From contig CBDBGH010000003.1 of the NCBI GenBank assembly GCA_965205265.1, positions 704,001-768,000 on the forward strand: a DNA stretch of 64,000 bases, in the 5' to 3' direction. Made by a program: the position numbers and the translations under genes. Source of the DNA: Alphaproteobacteria bacterium (lineage in GTDB: Bacteria > Pseudomonadota > Alphaproteobacteria > Bin95). The notes under the pieces were generated by a model that ran no database searches, was not told the DNA's origin, and saw only the letters and a list, made by a program, of their open reading frames with translations. Positions 12,222-25,049 of the stretch are shown here, one piece after another. Positions within the stretch are counted from its first letter, which is position 1. Each line of letters opens with the position of its first letter.

Positions 12222-12250
12222 TTGACCCCGCTACCGGTCTCGGCTAGACG
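12222..12250 (+). promoter_or_regulatory. Putative sigma70 promoter of tRNA-Asp
   Basis: TTGACC-17 nt-TAGACG ending 15 nt before the tRNA. Confidence 0.55.
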
Positions 12251-12265
12251 GTCACCGTTGTCTGC

Positions 12266-12342
12266 GGGGGTGTAGCTCAGTCGGTTAGAGCGCTGGCCTG
12301 TCACGCCAGAGGCCGCGGGTTCGAGTCCCGTCACTCCCGCCA
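12266..12342 (+). tRNA. tRNA-Asp (anticodon GTC)
   Basis: GGGGGTG/CACTCCC acceptor stem, CTGGC-CTGTCAC-GCCAG anticodon arm, GGTTCGAGTCC, GCCA end. Confidence 0.97.
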
Positions 12343-12461
12343 CCCATACCCGCCGGCGGCTGCATGTCCGGAAGGCCCCGGCGGGGCTTTGCGGCCGCGC
12401 CTCCGGTCATCTATGGTGCGCCCGGTTCGGGCTTGGGAAACATGGAGGCGGGCCCAGGACG

Positions 12462-12827
12462 ATGGATGCGCTGCTCGTAGAGTATGTCCCGATACTTATC
12501 TTTACGGCTGTCGCCGGGGCGCTGGCGGCAGGCGCTGTCGTCGCTTCGATGATCGTGGCGCGGCAGAAACCGGACTCCGAGAAGCTTTCGACCTACGAAT
12601 GCGGCTTCGAGGCGTTCACCGATTCGCGGGGACGCTTCGATGTGCGCTTCTACCTGGTCGCCATCCTGTTCATCATCTTCGACCTCGAGGTGGCGTTCCT
12701 GTTTCCCTGGGCGATTTCCCTCGGCGGCATCGGCATGCTGGGATTCTGGTCGATGGTGATCTTCCTGGGCGTGCTGACGGTCGGATTCGTCTATGAATGG
12801 CGCAAGGGGGCGCTCGAATGGGAGTGA
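12462..12827 (+). CDS. nuoA: NADH-quinone oxidoreductase subunit A
   Basis: [37 protein letters not shown]. Confidence 0.97.
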   Translation: MDALLVEYVPILIFTAVAGALAAGAVVASMIVARQKPDSEKLSTYECGFEAFTDSRGRFDVRFYLVAILFIIFDLEVAFLFPWAISLGGIGMLGFWSMVIFLGVLTVGFVYEWRKGALEWE

Positions 12828-13354
12828 TCGGCCAGCCGGCGCTGGGGCCGGGCGCGGAACAGGATGCGTTGCTGCGCGGCGTGAGCGACGAGCTTCAGGA
12901 CCGGGGTTATGTGGTCGCCCAGCTCGACAAGCTGGTCAACTGGGCGCGCTCGGGATCGTTGTGGCCCATGACCTTCGGGCTCGCCTGCTGCGCCGTGGAA
13001 ATGATGCACACTGCGTGTTCGCGCTACGACCTCGACCGTTTCGGTGTCGTATTCCGCCCGAGCCCGCGGCAATCCGATGTCATGATCGTGGCCGGGACGC
13101 TCACCAACAAGATGGCGCCGGCGCTCCGCAAGGTTTACGACCAGATGGCCGAGCCGCGCTGGGTGATCTCGATGGGCTCCTGCGCCAATGGCGGCGGCTA
13201 TTATCACTATTCCTATTCGGTGGTCCGCGGGTGCGACCGGGTCGTGCCGGTGGATGTGTATGTGCCCGGTTGCCCGCCAACGGCCGAGGCGCTGCTTTAC
13301 GGCGTGCTGCTGCTGCAGAAGAAGATCCAGCGTACCGGCACGATAACGCGCTGA
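12818..13354 (+). CDS. nuoB: NADH-quinone oxidoreductase subunit B
   Basis: [29 protein letters not shown]. Confidence 0.97.
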   Translation: MGVIGQPALGPGAEQDALLRGVSDELQDRGYVVAQLDKLVNWARSGSLWPMTFGLACCAVEMMHTACSRYDLDRFGVVFRPSPRQSDVMIVAGTLTNKMAPALRKVYDQMAEPRWVISMGSCANGGGYYHYSYSVVRGCDRVVPVDVYVPGCPPTAEALLYGVLLLQKKIQRTGTITR

Positions 13355-13367
13355 ACCGGACCGGCAG

Positions 13368-13961
13368 ATGGACGAAGCCCTGAAAGACCTCGCCGAACAT
13401 GTCGAGGCGGCGGTTGGCGAGAAGGCCGCTCTGGAGCATGCGGGGTCGGAACTGGTGTTTCGCGTTGGCCGCGATGCGCTGGTCGAGGTGCTCGCCTTCC
13501 TGCGCGACGACGCGAACTGCCATTTCAAATGTCTGGTGGACCTTTGCGGCGTCGATTATCCGGAGCGTCCGGAGCGGTTCGAGGTCGTCTATAACCTGCT
13601 GAGTCACCGCCACAATCTTCGCATCCGGATCAAGACGTCCACGGATGAAGACACGCCTGTGCCTTCGATATCGGGCCTGTTCAGCTCGGCCGCCTGGTTC
13701 GAGCGCGAAGCCTGGGACCTTTACGGCGTCTTTTTCTCCGATCATCCGGACCTGCGCCGCCTGCTGACCGACTACGGTTTCGAGGGCTATCCCATGCGCA
13801 AGGACTTCCCGCTCACGGGATATGTCGAGGTCCGCTACGACGACGAACAGAAGCGGGTGGTCTATGAGCCCGTCTCCCTGACGCAGGAGTTCCGGTCTTT
13901 CGACTATCTCAGCCCCTGGGAAGGGCCGTTGCCCGGCGATGAAAAGGCGGAGGGCGCCTGA
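13368..13961 (+). CDS. nuoC: NADH-quinone oxidoreductase subunit C
   Basis: [33 protein letters not shown]. Confidence 0.97.
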   Translation: MDEALKDLAEHVEAAVGEKAALEHAGSELVFRVGRDALVEVLAFLRDDANCHFKCLVDLCGVDYPERPERFEVVYNLLSHRHNLRIRIKTSTDEDTPVPSISGLFSSAAWFEREAWDLYGVFFSDHPDLRRLLTDYGFEGYPMRKDFPLTGYVEVRYDDEQKRVVYEPVSLTQEFRSFDYLSPWEGPLPGDEKAEGA

Positions 13962-15139
13962 TGGCCGAAGCCCAGATCAGGAACTACACGCTGAATTTCG
14001 GCCCTCAGCATCCCGCGGCCCATGGCGTGCTGCGCATGGTCATGGAGCTCGACGGCGAGGTCGTGGACCGCATCGACCCCCATATCGGCCTGCTGCACCG
14101 CGGCACCGAGAAACTCATCGAGCACAAGACCTATCTTCAGGCGGTCCCGTATTTCGACAGGCTCGACTATGTCGCGCCGATGAACCAGGAACATGCCTTC
14201 GCGCTGGCGACCGAGAAGCTGCTCGGCATCGAGGTGCCGGAGCGGGGCCAGTATATCCGGGTCTTGTTCTCCGAGATCTCCCGCATCCTGAACCATCTGC
14301 TGAACCTGACCGCCTTTGCGATGGATGTCGGTGCGATGACGCCGATGCTCTGGGGCTTCGAGCAGCGCGAATTGCTGATGGAGTTCTATGAGCGCGCCAG
14401 CGGCGCGCGGCTCCATGCCGCCTATTTCCGGCCGGGCGGCGTCCATCAGGACCTTCCGGAGGGCATGCTCGACGATATTGCCGAATGGGCCGCCGCCTTC
14501 CCGAAATTCATCGCCGATATGGAAACCCTGCTCAACGAGAACCGCATCTTCAAGCAGCGCGCCGTGGATATCGGCCGCGTGTCGGTGGAAGACGCGCTCG
14601 ACTGGGGGTTCTCCGGGCCGATGCTGCGCGCCTCCGGCGTTCCCTGGGATTTGCGCAAGGCGCAGCCCTACGATGTGTACGACCGGATCGACTTCGACAT
14701 CCCGATCGGCAAGAACGGCGACTGCTACGACCGCTACCTTGTCCGGGTGGAAGAGATGCGCCAGTCGCTGCGCATCATCGACCAGTGCGTGCGGGACATG
14801 CCCGGGGGAGAGGTCGTCACCGAGAGCAACAAGGTGGCCCCGCCGAAGCGCGGCGAGATGAAGCAGTCGATGGAGGCGTTGATCCACCACTTCAAGCTCT
14901 ACACAGAGGGCTACCGCGTGCCGGCCGGCGAGACCTATACGGCTGTGGAGGCGCCCAAGGGCGAGTTCGGCGTCTATCTGGTGTCGGACGGCACCAACAA
15001 GCCTTACCGGTGCAAGATCCGGGCGCCGGGCTTTGCGCATCTTGCCGCCATGGACTTCCTGTCGCGCGGCCATATGCTGGCCGACAGCGTTGCGATTCTG
15101 GGCGCCATGGACATCGTGTTCGGAGAGGTCGATCGATGA
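13961..15139 (+). CDS. nuoD: NADH-quinone oxidoreductase subunit D
   Basis: [30 protein letters not shown]. Confidence 0.98.
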   Translation: MAEAQIRNYTLNFGPQHPAAHGVLRMVMELDGEVVDRIDPHIGLLHRGTEKLIEHKTYLQAVPYFDRLDYVAPMNQEHAFALATEKLLGIEVPERGQYIRVLFSEISRILNHLLNLTAFAMDVGAMTPMLWGFEQRELLMEFYERASGARLHAAYFRPGGVHQDLPEGMLDDIAEWAAAFPKFIADMETLLNENRIFKQRAVDIGRVSVEDALDWGFSGPMLRASGVPWDLRKAQPYDVYDRIDFDIPIGKNGDCYDRYLVRVEEMRQSLRIIDQCVRDMPGGEVVTESNKVAPPKRGEMKQSMEALIHHFKLYTEGYRVPAGETYTAVEAPKGEFGVYLVSDGTNKPYRCKIRAPGFAHLAAMDFLSRGHMLADSVAILGAMDIVFGEVDR

Positions 15140-15735
15140 GCGTGCGCGCCGGATCGGCCGAGAGCTTCGCTTTCACGGCCGACAACCTGAAGGCGGCGAA
15201 GGCCGAGGTCGCAAAATATCCGGAAGGCCGGCAGCAAAGCGCCGTCATGCCGCTGCTGGACCTGGCGCAGAGGCAGCTCGGCTGGACCTCTCCGGCCGTG
15301 ATCGAATATGTGGCGGATTTCCTGGACCTGCCGGCCATCCGCGTCTGGGAAGTCGCCAGCTTCTACACGATGTACTACCGCGAGCCGGTGGGCCGGTACC
15401 GCCTGCATGTTTGCACGACCACGCCCTGCTGGCTGCGCGGGTCCGACGAGGTCGTCCGGGTCTGCAAGGAAAAGACCGGGCTCGATTTCGGCGAGACCGA
15501 CGAGAAGGGCCTCTTCACCCTGCTGGAAGTGGAATGCCTCGGGGCATGCGTCAACGCGCCCATCCTCCAGGTCAACGACGACTACTACGAGGACCTGGAC
15601 GCGGATCGGACGGCCGCGCTGCTCGATGCGCTGGCGGAAGGCCGTCCGCCGCCTCACGGCACGCTGGCGGAACGCCTCAACTCCGCCCCGGAAGGCGGCA
15701 AGACGACTCTGCTGGAGGCCGACGCCCGATGCTGA
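15136..15735 (+). CDS. nuoE: NADH-quinone oxidoreductase subunit E
   Basis: [23 protein letters not shown] 2Fe-2S motifs. Confidence 0.96.
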   Translation: MSVRAGSAESFAFTADNLKAAKAEVAKYPEGRQQSAVMPLLDLAQRQLGWTSPAVIEYVADFLDLPAIRVWEVASFYTMYYREPVGRYRLHVCTTTPCWLRGSDEVVRVCKEKTGLDFGETDEKGLFTLLEVECLGACVNAPILQVNDDYYEDLDADRTAALLDALAEGRPPPHGTLAERLNSAPEGGKTTLLEADARC

Positions 15736-17012
15736 GCGACCGGGACCGCATCTTCACCAATCTCTACGGCGAGCACGACTGGACGCTGAAGGGCGCCCGC
15801 GCCCGCGGCGACTGGGACGGCACGGCCGAATTGATCGCCAGGGGGCGCGAATGGCTTGTCGAGGAGATCAAGTCGTCGGGCCTGCGGGGGCGCGGCGGGG
15901 CCGGCTTCCCGACCGGGCTCAAATGGTCCTTCATGCCGAAGGAGAGCGACGGGCGCCCGGCCTATCTCGTGGTCAATGCCGATGAGGGCGAGCCCGGCAC
16001 CTGCAAGGACCGCGACATGATGCGCTGGGACCCGCACAAGCTGGTCGAGGGATGCCTCCTCGCCTGCGCGGCGATGGGCGCGGGAGCCGCATACATCTAT
16101 GTGCGCGGCGAGTTCTACAACGAGGCGCGGCACCTGCAGCACGCCATAGACGAGGCGTATGAGGCCGGGCTGATCGGCAGGAATGCCTGCGGCTCGGGCA
16201 TCGACTGCGACGTGTTCCTCCACCGGGGCGCCGGCGCCTATATCTGTGGCGAGGAAACCGCACTGATCGAGAGCCTGGAGGGCAAGAAGGGCCAGCCCCG
16301 GCTCAAGCCGCCCTTTCCCGCCATGGCAGGCCTCTACGGCTGCCCGACGACGGTCAACAATGTCGAAACCATCGCGGTGGCGCCGACCATTCTGCGCCGG
16401 GGTGCATCCTGGTTCTCCGGCTTCGGGCGCAGCAACAACACCGGCACCAAGGTGTTCTGCATCTCCGGCCATGTGAACCGGCCGTGCAATGTGGAAGAAG
16501 CGATGAGCATCCCGATGAAGGAGCTCATAGAGAAGCATGCCGGCGGCGTCCGCGGCGGTTGGGACAATCTCAAGGCGGTCATTCCGGGAGGGTCCTCCAC
16601 GCCGATCCTGCCGAAGAGCATCTGCGACGAGGTGCTGATGGATTTCGACGCGCTTCGGGATGCGCAGAGCGGGCTCGGCACGGCGGCCGTGATCGTGATG
16701 GACCGGTCCACGGACGTGGTGCGGGCGATCGCGCGGCTTGCGCGCTTCTATGCGCACGAAAGCTGCGGGCAATGCACGCCGTGCCGGGAGGGCACGGGCT
16801 GGATGATGCGCGTGATGGACCGGATGGCGTCCGGGCGCGCCCGGGTCGAGGAAATCGACATGCTGCTGGACGTGTCGAAAGAAATCGAAGGGCACACCAT
16901 CTGCGCGCATGGCGACGGTTCCGCCTGGCCGATCCAGGGACTGATCCGCCATTTCAGGCACGAAATGGAGGAACGCATCCTGAGTTACCGAAGCCGGGCC
17001 GCGGCGGCCTGA
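15729..17012 (+). CDS. nuoF: NADH-quinone oxidoreductase subunit F
   Basis: [36 protein letters not shown]. Confidence 0.97.
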   Translation: MLSDRDRIFTNLYGEHDWTLKGARARGDWDGTAELIARGREWLVEEIKSSGLRGRGGAGFPTGLKWSFMPKESDGRPAYLVVNADEGEPGTCKDRDMMRWDPHKLVEGCLLACAAMGAGAAYIYVRGEFYNEARHLQHAIDEAYEAGLIGRNACGSGIDCDVFLHRGAGAYICGEETALIESLEGKKGQPRLKPPFPAMAGLYGCPTTVNNVETIAVAPTILRRGASWFSGFGRSNNTGTKVFCISGHVNRPCNVEEAMSIPMKELIEKHAGGVRGGWDNLKAVIPGGSSTPILPKSICDEVLMDFDALRDAQSGLGTAAVIVMDRSTDVVRAIARLARFYAHESCGQCTPCREGTGWMMRVMDRMASGRARVEEIDMLLDVSKEIEGHTICAHGDGSAWPIQGLIRHFRHEMEERILSYRSRAAAA

Positions 17013-17030
17013 CCCCGGAGGGCGGAGCGA

Positions 17031-19070
17031 ATGCCGAAGCTTACCGTCGACGGGATCGAGGTCGAGGTTCCGCCCGGCAGCACGGTGCTGCAGGCGATCG
17101 AGGCCGCCGGCAAGGAAGTGCCGCGCTTCTGCTATCACGAGCGCCTGTCGATCGCCGGCAATTGCCGCATGTGCCTGGTCGAAATCCGGCCCGGCCCGCC
17201 AAAGCCGGCTGCGTCCTGCGCCATGCCGGCGGGCGACAATATGGAAGTGCTGACCTCGAGCCCGATGACGCAGAAGGCGCGCAAGGGGGTGATGGAGTTC
17301 CTGCTCATCAACCACCCGCTCGACTGCCCGATCTGCGACCAGGGCGGCGAGTGCGACCTCCAGGACCAGGCGCTCTTCTACGGAGCCGACACGAGCCGCT
17401 TCGAGGAAAACAAGCGGGCCGTGCCGGACAAGGACATGGGGCCGCTCATCAAGACGACGATGACGCGATGCATCCATTGCACGCGGTGCATCCGCTTCGC
17501 CGAGGAAGTGGCCGGCGTGCCGTCGATCGGGGCGGTCGGACGCAGCGAGCATATGGAGATCACCACGCTCGAGCGCGCGGTCGAGAGCGAGCTTTCCGGC
17601 AATGTCATCGACCTCTGTCCGGTAGGCGCGCTTACTTCGAAGCCCTATGCCTTCAACGCCCGTCCCTGGGAGCTTCGCAAGACCGAAGGCATCGACGTCT
17701 TCGATGCGCTCGGTGCGAACATCCGCATCGATTCGCGCGGCCCGGAAGTGTTGCGCATCCTGCCGCGCCTCAATGAAGAGGTGAACGAGGAGTGGCTGGG
17801 GGACAAGAGCCGCTTCGCGCATGACGGGCTCCGGCGCCAGCGTCTGGACCGGCCCTATGTGCGCCGCAACGGCCGGCTGCATCCGGCAAGCTGGAGCGAG
17901 GCGTTCGAGGCAATCCGGAAAAGAATGGAGGGGCGGGCCGGCACGGCTATCGGCGCGATTGCCGGCGACCAGGCCGATGTCGAGTCGATGCAGGCGCTCA
18001 AGGACCTTTTGCAGGCCCTCGGTTCGCCGCATCTGGATTGCAGGCAGGACGGCGCCGCCGCCATTCCCGGCCAGCGTTCCAGCTATCTCTTCAACTCCAC
18101 CGTCCAGGGTATCGAGGAAGCCGACGCCCTGTTGCTGATCGGCAGCAATCCGCGCTGGGAATCGCCGGTCCTCAATGCACGGATCCGCAAGCGATGGCTG
18201 ACCGGCGGCTTGCAGGTCGGCCTGATAGGCGAGGCGCATGAACTCGGCTACCGCTACGACCATCTCGGAAACGCCGGGCAGACCTTGCGCGGCGCGGCGG
18301 CCGGCAGGAACCGCTTCTGCGCCGTGCTGAAGGGCGCGTCGCGTCCGATGCTGATTGTCGGCGCCGGCGCCCTTGCGCGGCCGGACGGCGCGGCCGTGCT
18401 CGCCGCAACGCAACGCATAGCGGAACTGAACGGGCTGATCTCCAAGGACTGGAACGGATTCAATGTGTTGAACCGGGCCGCGTCGAGGGTCGGCGGTCTG
18501 GACCTCGGCTTCGTGCCGGGCGACGGCGGCGCGGATACCGGCGGCATGCTGTCCGGGGCTGTCGATACGCTCTTCCTGCTCGGCGCCGATGAGATCGACC
18601 TGTCCGGTCTGGGCGACGCCTTCGTGGTCTATCAGGGCCATCACGGCGATGCGGGCGCGGCGCGCGCCGATGTCATCCTGCCGGGGGCGGCCTACACCGA
18701 GAAGCCGGGCACCTGGGTCAATCTGGAGGGGCGGGTGCAGCGCAGCGAGAGGGCGACCTTCCCGCCCGGCGAGGCGCGCGAGGACTGGGCGGTGCTGCGC
18801 GCCCTTTCCGATGCGCTCGGCAGGCCGCTGCCTTACGATTCGCTGCCGGCGTTGCGCGCCCGCCTGGGCCGGACAAATCCCGTGTTCGACACGCGGGACG
18901 AAATCGTGGCGGCGGCATGGGGCGGCGCGGCTCCGGCAGGCCGGATCGACGATGCGCCGTTCGCCAGTCCGGTCGCCAACTACTATATGACCGACCCGAT
19001 CTCGCGCGCCTCGGAAACGATGGCGGTCTGCACGGAGACCTTCCTCGCCGCGGAAGCCCGCAATGGTTGA
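17031..19070 (+). CDS. nuoG: NADH-quinone oxidoreductase subunit G
   Basis: [40 protein letters not shown]. Confidence 0.97.
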   Translation: MPKLTVDGIEVEVPPGSTVLQAIEAAGKEVPRFCYHERLSIAGNCRMCLVEIRPGPPKPAASCAMPAGDNMEVLTSSPMTQKARKGVMEFLLINHPLDCPICDQGGECDLQDQALFYGADTSRFEENKRAVPDKDMGPLIKTTMTRCIHCTRCIRFAEEVAGVPSIGAVGRSEHMEITTLERAVESELSGNVIDLCPVGALTSKPYAFNARPWELRKTEGIDVFDALGANIRIDSRGPEVLRILPRLNEEVNEEWLGDKSRFAHDGLRRQRLDRPYVRRNGRLHPASWSEAFEAIRKRMEGRAGTAIGAIAGDQADVESMQALKDLLQALGSPHLDCRQDGAAAIPGQRSSYLFNSTVQGIEEADALLLIGSNPRWESPVLNARIRKRWLTGGLQVGLIGEAHELGYRYDHLGNAGQTLRGAAAGRNRFCAVLKGASRPMLIVGAGALARPDGAAVLAATQRIAELNGLISKDWNGFNVLNRAASRVGGLDLGFVPGDGGADTGGMLSGAVDTLFLLGADEIDLSGLGDAFVVYQGHHGDAGAARADVILPGAAYTEKPGTWVNLEGRVQRSERATFPPGEAREDWAVLRALSDALGRPLPYDSLPALRARLGRTNPVFDTRDEIVAAAWGGAAPAGRIDDAPFASPVANYYMTDPISRASETMAVCTETFLAAEARNG

Positions 19071-20106
19071 CTTCTGGACCGGCTATGTCTGGCCCGCGGC
19101 GGCGATCGTCGGCTACATCCTGCTGATCGTCCTGCCGCTTCTCGGCTGCATCGCCTATCTCATACTGGCCGAGCGCAAGGTCATCGCGTCCATGCAGATG
19201 CGCAAGGGGCCGAATGTCGTCGGTCCCTTCGGTTTGTTCCAGCCGATCGCCGACGGGCTGAAGCTGCTGACCAAGGAGACGATCATTCCCGCCGGCGCCA
19301 ACCGCGTGGTCTTCCTTCTGGCGCCGATGCTGACCTTTATGCTGGCGCTGGTCGCCTGGGCGGTAATTCCCTTCGACCTCGGCTGGGTTCTGGCGGACAT
19401 CAATGTAGGGGTGCTCTACCTCTTCGCCATTTCATCGCTCGGCGTTTACGGCATCCTGATGGCGGGATGGGCCAGCAATTCCCGCTACCCGTTTCTGGGC
19501 GCCTTGCGGTCGGCGGCGCAGATGGTCTCCTACGAGGTCTCGATAGGCTTCGTGATCGTGACCGTGCTCCTGTGCGCCGGCTCGCTGAACCTCTCGGTCA
19601 TCGTCCAGGCGCAGGAGGGGTCTGCCGGCCTGTTCTCCTGGTTCTGGCTGCCGCTGCTGCCCATGTTCGTCGTGTTTTTCGTGTCCGCCTTGGCCGAGAC
19701 CAATCGCGCGCCCTTCGATCTGCCGGAGGCGGAGGCCGAACTCGTCGCGGGTTACAATGTCGAATACTCGGCGATGATGTTCGCGCTCTTCTTCCTCGGC
19801 GAATACGCGAACATGATCCTGATGAGCGCGATGGCGGTCGTACTCTTCCTGGGCGGCTGGCTGTCTCCGATTCCCTACGAGCCGTTCACCTGGATTCCCG
19901 GTATCGTCTGGTTCGCGCTCAAGACGGCGCTGGTGCTGTTCACCTTCCTCTGGGTAAGGGCAACCTTCCCGCGTTACCGCTACGACCAGTTGATGCGGCT
20001 CGGCTGGAAGGTGTTCCTGCCGCTGTCCCTGCTCTGGGTGGTGGTGACGGCAGGTGCGCTTGTGGCATTCGACTGGGTGCCCGAGCCTGTCATGGCGCGG
20101 TCGTGA
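19063..20106 (+). CDS. nuoH: NADH-quinone oxidoreductase subunit H
   Basis: [32 protein letters not shown]. Confidence 0.97.
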   Translation: MVDFWTGYVWPAAAIVGYILLIVLPLLGCIAYLILAERKVIASMQMRKGPNVVGPFGLFQPIADGLKLLTKETIIPAGANRVVFLLAPMLTFMLALVAWAVIPFDLGWVLADINVGVLYLFAISSLGVYGILMAGWASNSRYPFLGALRSAAQMVSYEVSIGFVIVTVLLCAGSLNLSVIVQAQEGSAGLFSWFWLPLLPMFVVFFVSALAETNRAPFDLPEAEAELVAGYNVEYSAMMFALFFLGEYANMILMSAMAVVLFLGGWLSPIPYEPFTWIPGIVWFALKTALVLFTFLWVRATFPRYRYDQLMRLGWKVFLPLSLLWVVVTAGALVAFDWVPEPVMARS

Positions 20107-20129
20107 AGCGCAGCAGGGAGTATTGAACG

Positions 20130-20618
20130 ATGGCAGCTCTCGACCGTGGCATGCGCAGCTTCCTGCTGGCGGAACTGGTCTCCGGCATGTGGCTCACGTT
20201 GAAATACATGTTCAAGCCGAAGGTGACGCTGAACTACCCCTACGAAAAAGGGCCTCTCAGCCCGCGTTTCAGGGGCGAGCACGCCTTGCGCCGCTATCCG
20301 AATGGCGAGGAGCGGTGCATTGCCTGCAAGCTCTGCGAGGCCATCTGTCCGGCGCAGGCGATCACCATCGAGGCGGAACCGCGCGAAGACGGCAGCCGCC
20401 GCACGACGCGTTACGATATCGACATGACGAAATGCATCTATTGCGGCTTCTGTGAGGAGGCCTGTCCGGTCGATGCCATCGTCGAAGGCCCGAATTTCGA
20501 GTTTGCGACAGAGACGCGCGAAGAGCTCATGTACAACAAGGAGAAGCTCCTCGCCAACGGCGACCGCTGGGAAGCGTCGCTTGCCGACAACCTCGCCCTC
20601 GACGCGCCTTACCGCTGA
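20130..20618 (+). CDS. nuoI: NADH-quinone oxidoreductase subunit I
   Basis: [12 protein letters not shown] and [12 protein letters not shown]. Confidence 0.98.
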   Translation: MAALDRGMRSFLLAELVSGMWLTLKYMFKPKVTLNYPYEKGPLSPRFRGEHALRRYPNGEERCIACKLCEAICPAQAITIEAEPREDGSRRTTRYDIDMTKCIYCGFCEEACPVDAIVEGPNFEFATETREELMYNKEKLLANGDRWEASLADNLALDAPYR

Positions 20619-20633
20619 GACAGGGAGGAGGCA

Positions 20634-21242
20634 GTGGTCGTTCAAGCCCTGGCGTTCTATGTCTTCGCGGCGGTCGCGACCGCCGCCGGAGTCATGGTCA
20701 TTTCATCCCGGAACCCGGTGCATTCGGTCCTGTTCCTGATCCTCGCCTTCTTCAATGCGGCGGGCCTGTTCGTCCTGTTGGGGGCGGAGTTCCTCGCGAT
20801 GCTCTTGGTGGTGGTCTATGTCGGCGCCGTGGCGGTCCTGTTCCTGTTCGTGGTGATGATGCTCGACATCAACTTCGCGGAGCTGCGCGAAGGCTTCCTG
20901 CAATATCTTCCGGTCGGCGCCGTCGTCGGGGCGGTGCTGCTCGCCGAACTGGCGCTGGTCGGCGGCAGCTGGGCGTTGTCCGAGGGAGCCGGAAAGACAT
21001 CGTTGCCGGTTCCCGACGACAAAATGACCAACACGCATGCATTGGGCCACGTCCTCTACACCGACTACATCTATCTCTTCCAGGCTGCGGGTCTCGTATT
21101 GCTGGTCGCCATGATCGGCGCAATCGTGCTTACGCACCGAAGACGCACGGGGGTCCACAGGCAACGGATCGCGACGCAGCTCGACCGTCGGCGGGAAGAC
21201 ACCATCGAGGTCGTCAAGGTTCCGGCAAGGGGAGGCCGGTAA
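20634..21242 (+). CDS. nuoJ: NADH-quinone oxidoreductase subunit J
   Basis: [27 protein letters not shown]. Confidence 0.96.
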   Translation: MVVQALAFYVFAAVATAAGVMVISSRNPVHSVLFLILAFFNAAGLFVLLGAEFLAMLLVVVYVGAVAVLFLFVVMMLDINFAELREGFLQYLPVGAVVGAVLLAELALVGGSWALSEGAGKTSLPVPDDKMTNTHALGHVLYTDYIYLFQAAGLVLLVAMIGAIVLTHRRRTGVHRQRIATQLDRRREDTIEVVKVPARGGR

Positions 21243-21553
21243 TGCTGGAAGTCGGCCTTGCGCACTACCTCACCCTTGCCGCGGTCCTCTTCACGCTCGG
21301 CATCTTCGGCATTTTCCTCAACCGCAAAAACGTCATCATCATCCTGATGTCGATCGAGCTCATGCTGCTCGCGGTCAACATCAATCTGGTCGCATTTTCG
21401 CGGTTTCTCGAAGACATGACAGGACAGGTCTTCGCCATGTTCGTGCTCACTGTCGCAGCAGCCGAAGCCGCTATCGGCCTCGCGATCCTGGTGGTCTATT
21501 TCCGCAACCGCGGATCGATCGCCGTCGAAGACGTCAATCTGATGAAGGGCTGA
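21242..21553 (+). CDS. nuoK: NADH-quinone oxidoreductase subunit K
   Basis: [19 protein letters not shown]. Confidence 0.97.
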   Translation: MLEVGLAHYLTLAAVLFTLGIFGIFLNRKNVIIILMSIELMLLAVNINLVAFSRFLEDMTGQVFAMFVLTVAAAEAAIGLAILVVYFRNRGSIAVEDVNLMKG

Positions 21554-21573
21554 GGCGGGGCAGTCGAACGAGC

Positions 21574-23511
21574 ATGTTGTATCTGGCCTCCATATTTCTC
21601 CCGCTTCTGGCGGCAATCGTCGTCGGCCTGTTCGGACGCCTGATGGGAGACCGCCCGTCGCAGCTGGTGACATGCCTCGCTGTGACGGTTGCGGCGGCCT
21701 GCTCGGTCGTCATCTTTGTCGACATCGCGTATGGCAGCGGCGTTCCGGAAACGCTGCATGTTCTCGACTGGATCAGGTCCGGCGGGTTCGAGGCGCACTG
21801 GACGCTTCGTTTCGACACGCTCTCCGCAGTCATGCTGGTGGTCGTCAACGGCGTATCGGCCTGCGTCCACTGGTATTCGATCGGCTACATGAGCCACGAT
21901 CCGCACAAGCCGCGTTTCATGGCCTATCTGAGCCTCTTCACCTTCTCCATGCTGATGCTGGTGACAGCCGACAATCTCGTGCAGCTTTTCTTCGGCTGGG
22001 AGGGCGTCGGCCTCTGTTCCTATCTCCTGATCGGCTTCTGGTACGACCGCCCGGCCGCCAATGCCGCCGCCATCAAGGCGTTCATCGTGAACCGGGTGGG
22101 AGACTTCGGCTTCGCGCTCGGCATATTCGGCATCTGGCTCGTGTTCGAAACGGTCCAGTTCTCCTCGATCTTCGCGGCCGTTCCGAACTATGCCGGCGAA
22201 AATGTCGGTTTCCTCGGGATGGAACTGCCGGCCATCGAATTGCTGTGCTTCCTGCTGTTCATCGGCGCGATGGGCAAATCGGCCCAGATCGGACTGCACA
22301 CCTGGCTGCCCGACGCCATGGAGGGCCCGACGCCGGTATCCGCGCTGATCCATGCCGCGACCATGGTGACGGCCGGCGTTTTCATGTGCGCCCGCCTGTC
22401 GCCCCTGTTCGAATTCGCGCCGGATACGCTGGCCTTCATCACTTTCATCGGCGCGACAACGGCCTTTTTCGCCGCGACCTGCGCGTTGACGCAGACAGAC
22501 ATCAAACGGGTGATCGCCTATTCCACATGCAGCCAGCTCGGCTACATGTTCTTCGCCATCGGTGTCTCCGCCTATCCGGCGGCAATCTTCCATCTCATGA
22601 CCCATGCCTGCTTCAAGGCGCTGCTCTTCCTTGGCGCCGGCAGCGTCATTCACGCCATGTCGGGAGAGCAGGACATGCGCCGCATGGGCGGGATATGGCG
22701 GCACGTCAAGCAAACCCACATCCTGATGTGGATCGGGTCGTTCGCCCTCGCCGGGCTCCCGGTTTTCTCGGGTTATTTCTCGAAGGATTCCATCCTTGAA
22801 AGCGCCTGGGGGGCGCATAGCAGCATCGGCGACTACGCCTTTACCTTCGGGATTCTGGCCGCCGTGATGACGGCCTTCTATTCCTGGAGGCTCCTGTTCA
22901 TGACCTTCATGGGCGCGCCTCGCGCGGACGAAAAGGTCATGGCGCATGTCCATGAATCGCCGGCCGTCATGCTGGTGCCGCTCTACATTCTTGCGGCGGG
23001 AGCGATCGTGACGGGGTTCGTGTTCGTCGACGCCTTTGTCGGCGAGGAGTGGGACCGGTTCTGGGGGACGTCCGTTCTTATCCTGGAACGGAATTCGGCG
23101 ATGATGGACGGGCATCACGCCCCTTGGTATATCAAGAAGCTGCCGCTGGCGGCTGCGGCGATCGGCATTCTGATTGCCTGGTATATGTACATTCGGAAGC
23201 CGGATGCGCCGGCGGCGCTGCGGAAGCATTTCGAGCCGGCATACCAGCTCTCGTTCAACAAGTGGTGGTTCGACGAGATCTACGATATCGCATTCGTACG
23301 GCCGGCGCGGTTTCTGGCCCGGCTCTGCTGGAAGGGTGGAGACGGTTTTGTCATTGACGGCTTCGGGCCGGACGGACTGGCCGCCGTCACCCGGGCGCTC
23401 GCTCGTAGCGCCAGCATTTTCCAGTCCGGTTACATCTACCACTATGCGTTCGCGATGATGGTGGGCGTGGTCGCCCTGGTCTCCTGGTATCTGTTCTCGG
23501 CGGGGTTCTAG
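21574..23511 (+). CDS. nuoL: NADH-quinone oxidoreductase subunit L
   Basis: [32 protein letters not shown]. Confidence 0.97.
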   Translation: MLYLASIFLPLLAAIVVGLFGRLMGDRPSQLVTCLAVTVAAACSVVIFVDIAYGSGVPETLHVLDWIRSGGFEAHWTLRFDTLSAVMLVVVNGVSACVHWYSIGYMSHDPHKPRFMAYLSLFTFSMLMLVTADNLVQLFFGWEGVGLCSYLLIGFWYDRPAANAAAIKAFIVNRVGDFGFALGIFGIWLVFETVQFSSIFAAVPNYAGENVGFLGMELPAIELLCFLLFIGAMGKSAQIGLHTWLPDAMEGPTPVSALIHAATMVTAGVFMCARLSPLFEFAPDTLAFITFIGATTAFFAATCALTQTDIKRVIAYSTCSQLGYMFFAIGVSAYPAAIFHLMTHACFKALLFLGAGSVIHAMSGEQDMRRMGGIWRHVKQTHILMWIGSFALAGLPVFSGYFSKDSILESAWGAHSSIGDYAFTFGILAAVMTAFYSWRLLFMTFMGAPRADEKVMAHVHESPAVMLVPLYILAAGAIVTGFVFVDAFVGEEWDRFWGTSVLILERNSAMMDGHHAPWYIKKLPLAAAAIGILIAWYMYIRKPDAPAALRKHFEPAYQLSFNKWWFDEIYDIAFVRPARFLARLCWKGGDGFVIDGFGPDGLAAVTRALARSASIFQSGYIYHYAFAMMVGVVALVSWYLFSAGF

Positions 23512-23515
23512 AGGC

Positions 23516-25045
23516 ATGAGCTCAGGGATCGGCCTGCTTTCGATCGTTACCTTTCTGCCGCTTGTCGGCGTACTCGCGATCCTGCTGCTTTGCCGCGGCA
23601 CCGGCGAGGATGCGATCAGAAACGCGCGTATGGCCGCGTTATGGACCTCTTTGGCAACTTTCGTGGTGTCGCTGTTTCTCTGGTTCGGATTCGACACGGG
23701 GACCGCCGATTTTCAATTCGTAGAGCATGTAGAGTGGCTGCCGGAATTCCATATCGCATACCGGATGGGAATCGACGGTATTTCCTTGTTCTTTGTTTTG
23801 CTTTCTACATTTCTGACCCCGATATGCATTCTTTCCAGCTGGACGGCCGTTCAGGTCCGGGTAAAGGAATACATGATTGCGTTTCTGGCTCTCGAAACGC
23901 TCATGGTCGGGATGTTCTGCGCCCTGGACCTCGTTGTGTTTTATATTTTCTTCGAGGGCGTATTGATCCCGATGTTCCTTATCATTGGGGTCTGGGGAGG
24001 GGCCAGGCGTATCTACGCGGCGTTCAAGTTCTTTCTCTTCACTTTGCTCGGCTCCGTATTGATGCTGCTTGCCCTTCTGGCCGTGTATCTGGAGGTAGGC
24101 TCCACCAGCATTGTTGAGGCGCTTGTTTATTCCTTTGCTCCCGACCTCCAGATTTGGCTATGGATCGCCTTTTTCGCCAGTTTCGCAGTCAAGATTCCGA
24201 TGTGGCCGGTACACACCTGGCTGCCGGATGCGCATGTCGAGGCGCCGACCGCAGGCTCGGTTATTCTGGCCGGCGTGCTGCTAAAGATGGGCGGATACGG
24301 GTTCCTCCGGTTTTCGTTGCCGATGTTTCCGGAAGCGAGCGAATTTTTCACTCCGCTGATCTTCGTGCTGAGCTGCGTGGCCGTGATTTACACCTCGCTG
24401 GTGGCTCTGGCGCAGGAAGACATGAAGAAGCTCATCGCCTATTCTTCCGTCGCGCATATGGGCTTCGTGACCATCGGCATCTTCACGGCGACCAACCAGG
24501 GCATTGCCGGGGCCATTTTCCAGATGCTGAGCCACGGCATCGTGTCGGCTGCGCTGTTCCTCTGCGTCGGGGTCGTTTACGACAGGCTGCATACGCGCGA
24601 AATTGCCCGATACGGTGGCCTGGTCCACCGCATGCCTGCCTATGCGGCGGTATTCATGGTGTTCACCCTGGCGTCCGTCGGACTGCCGGGCACCAGCGGC
24701 TTCGTCGGGGAATTCCTGGTGCTGCTCGGCGCGTTCGAGGTCAACACCTGGGTCTGCTTCCTTGCGGCGACGGGTGTGATCCTCGGCGCGGCCTACATGC
24801 TGTATCTCTATCGCCGCGTGATCTTCGGCAAGCTGGAGCGCGTGGAACTGCAGACAATGCTGGATCTCAATCCGCGCGAGATCGCTGTGTTCGCGCCGCT
24901 CGTGGTGCTGGTGCTCTGGATGGGCATCTACCCGTCTTCGTTCCTCGATCCGATCCAGATGTCGGTGCAGAACCTCGTGGACCAGCATCAGGCGGCCATG
25001 CGCGCAATGGGCGAAACAGCGGCCGTTGCGGCGAAGGGTCATTGA
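23516..25045 (+). CDS. nuoM: NADH-quinone oxidoreductase subunit M
   Basis: [32 protein letters not shown]. Confidence 0.97.
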   Translation: MSSGIGLLSIVTFLPLVGVLAILLLCRGTGEDAIRNARMAALWTSLATFVVSLFLWFGFDTGTADFQFVEHVEWLPEFHIAYRMGIDGISLFFVLLSTFLTPICILSSWTAVQVRVKEYMIAFLALETLMVGMFCALDLVVFYIFFEGVLIPMFLIIGVWGGARRIYAAFKFFLFTLLGSVLMLLALLAVYLEVGSTSIVEALVYSFAPDLQIWLWIAFFASFAVKIPMWPVHTWLPDAHVEAPTAGSVILAGVLLKMGGYGFLRFSLPMFPEASEFFTPLIFVLSCVAVIYTSLVALAQEDMKKLIAYSSVAHMGFVTIGIFTATNQGIAGAIFQMLSHGIVSAALFLCVGVVYDRLHTREIARYGGLVHRMPAYAAVFMVFTLASVGLPGTSGFVGEFLVLLGAFEVNTWVCFLAATGVILGAAYMLYLYRRVIFGKLERVELQTMLDLNPREIAVFAPLVVLVLWMGIYPSSFLDPIQMSVQNLVDQHQAAMRAMGETAAVAAKGH

Positions 25046-25049
25046 AGCC

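Noticed and set aside
16891-16931. Nuo[13 protein letters not shown] instead of the common TICALGDAAAWP
   Set aside because: The Fe-S ligand Cys is retained and His at this position occurs in other NuoF proteins; not enough to claim novelty
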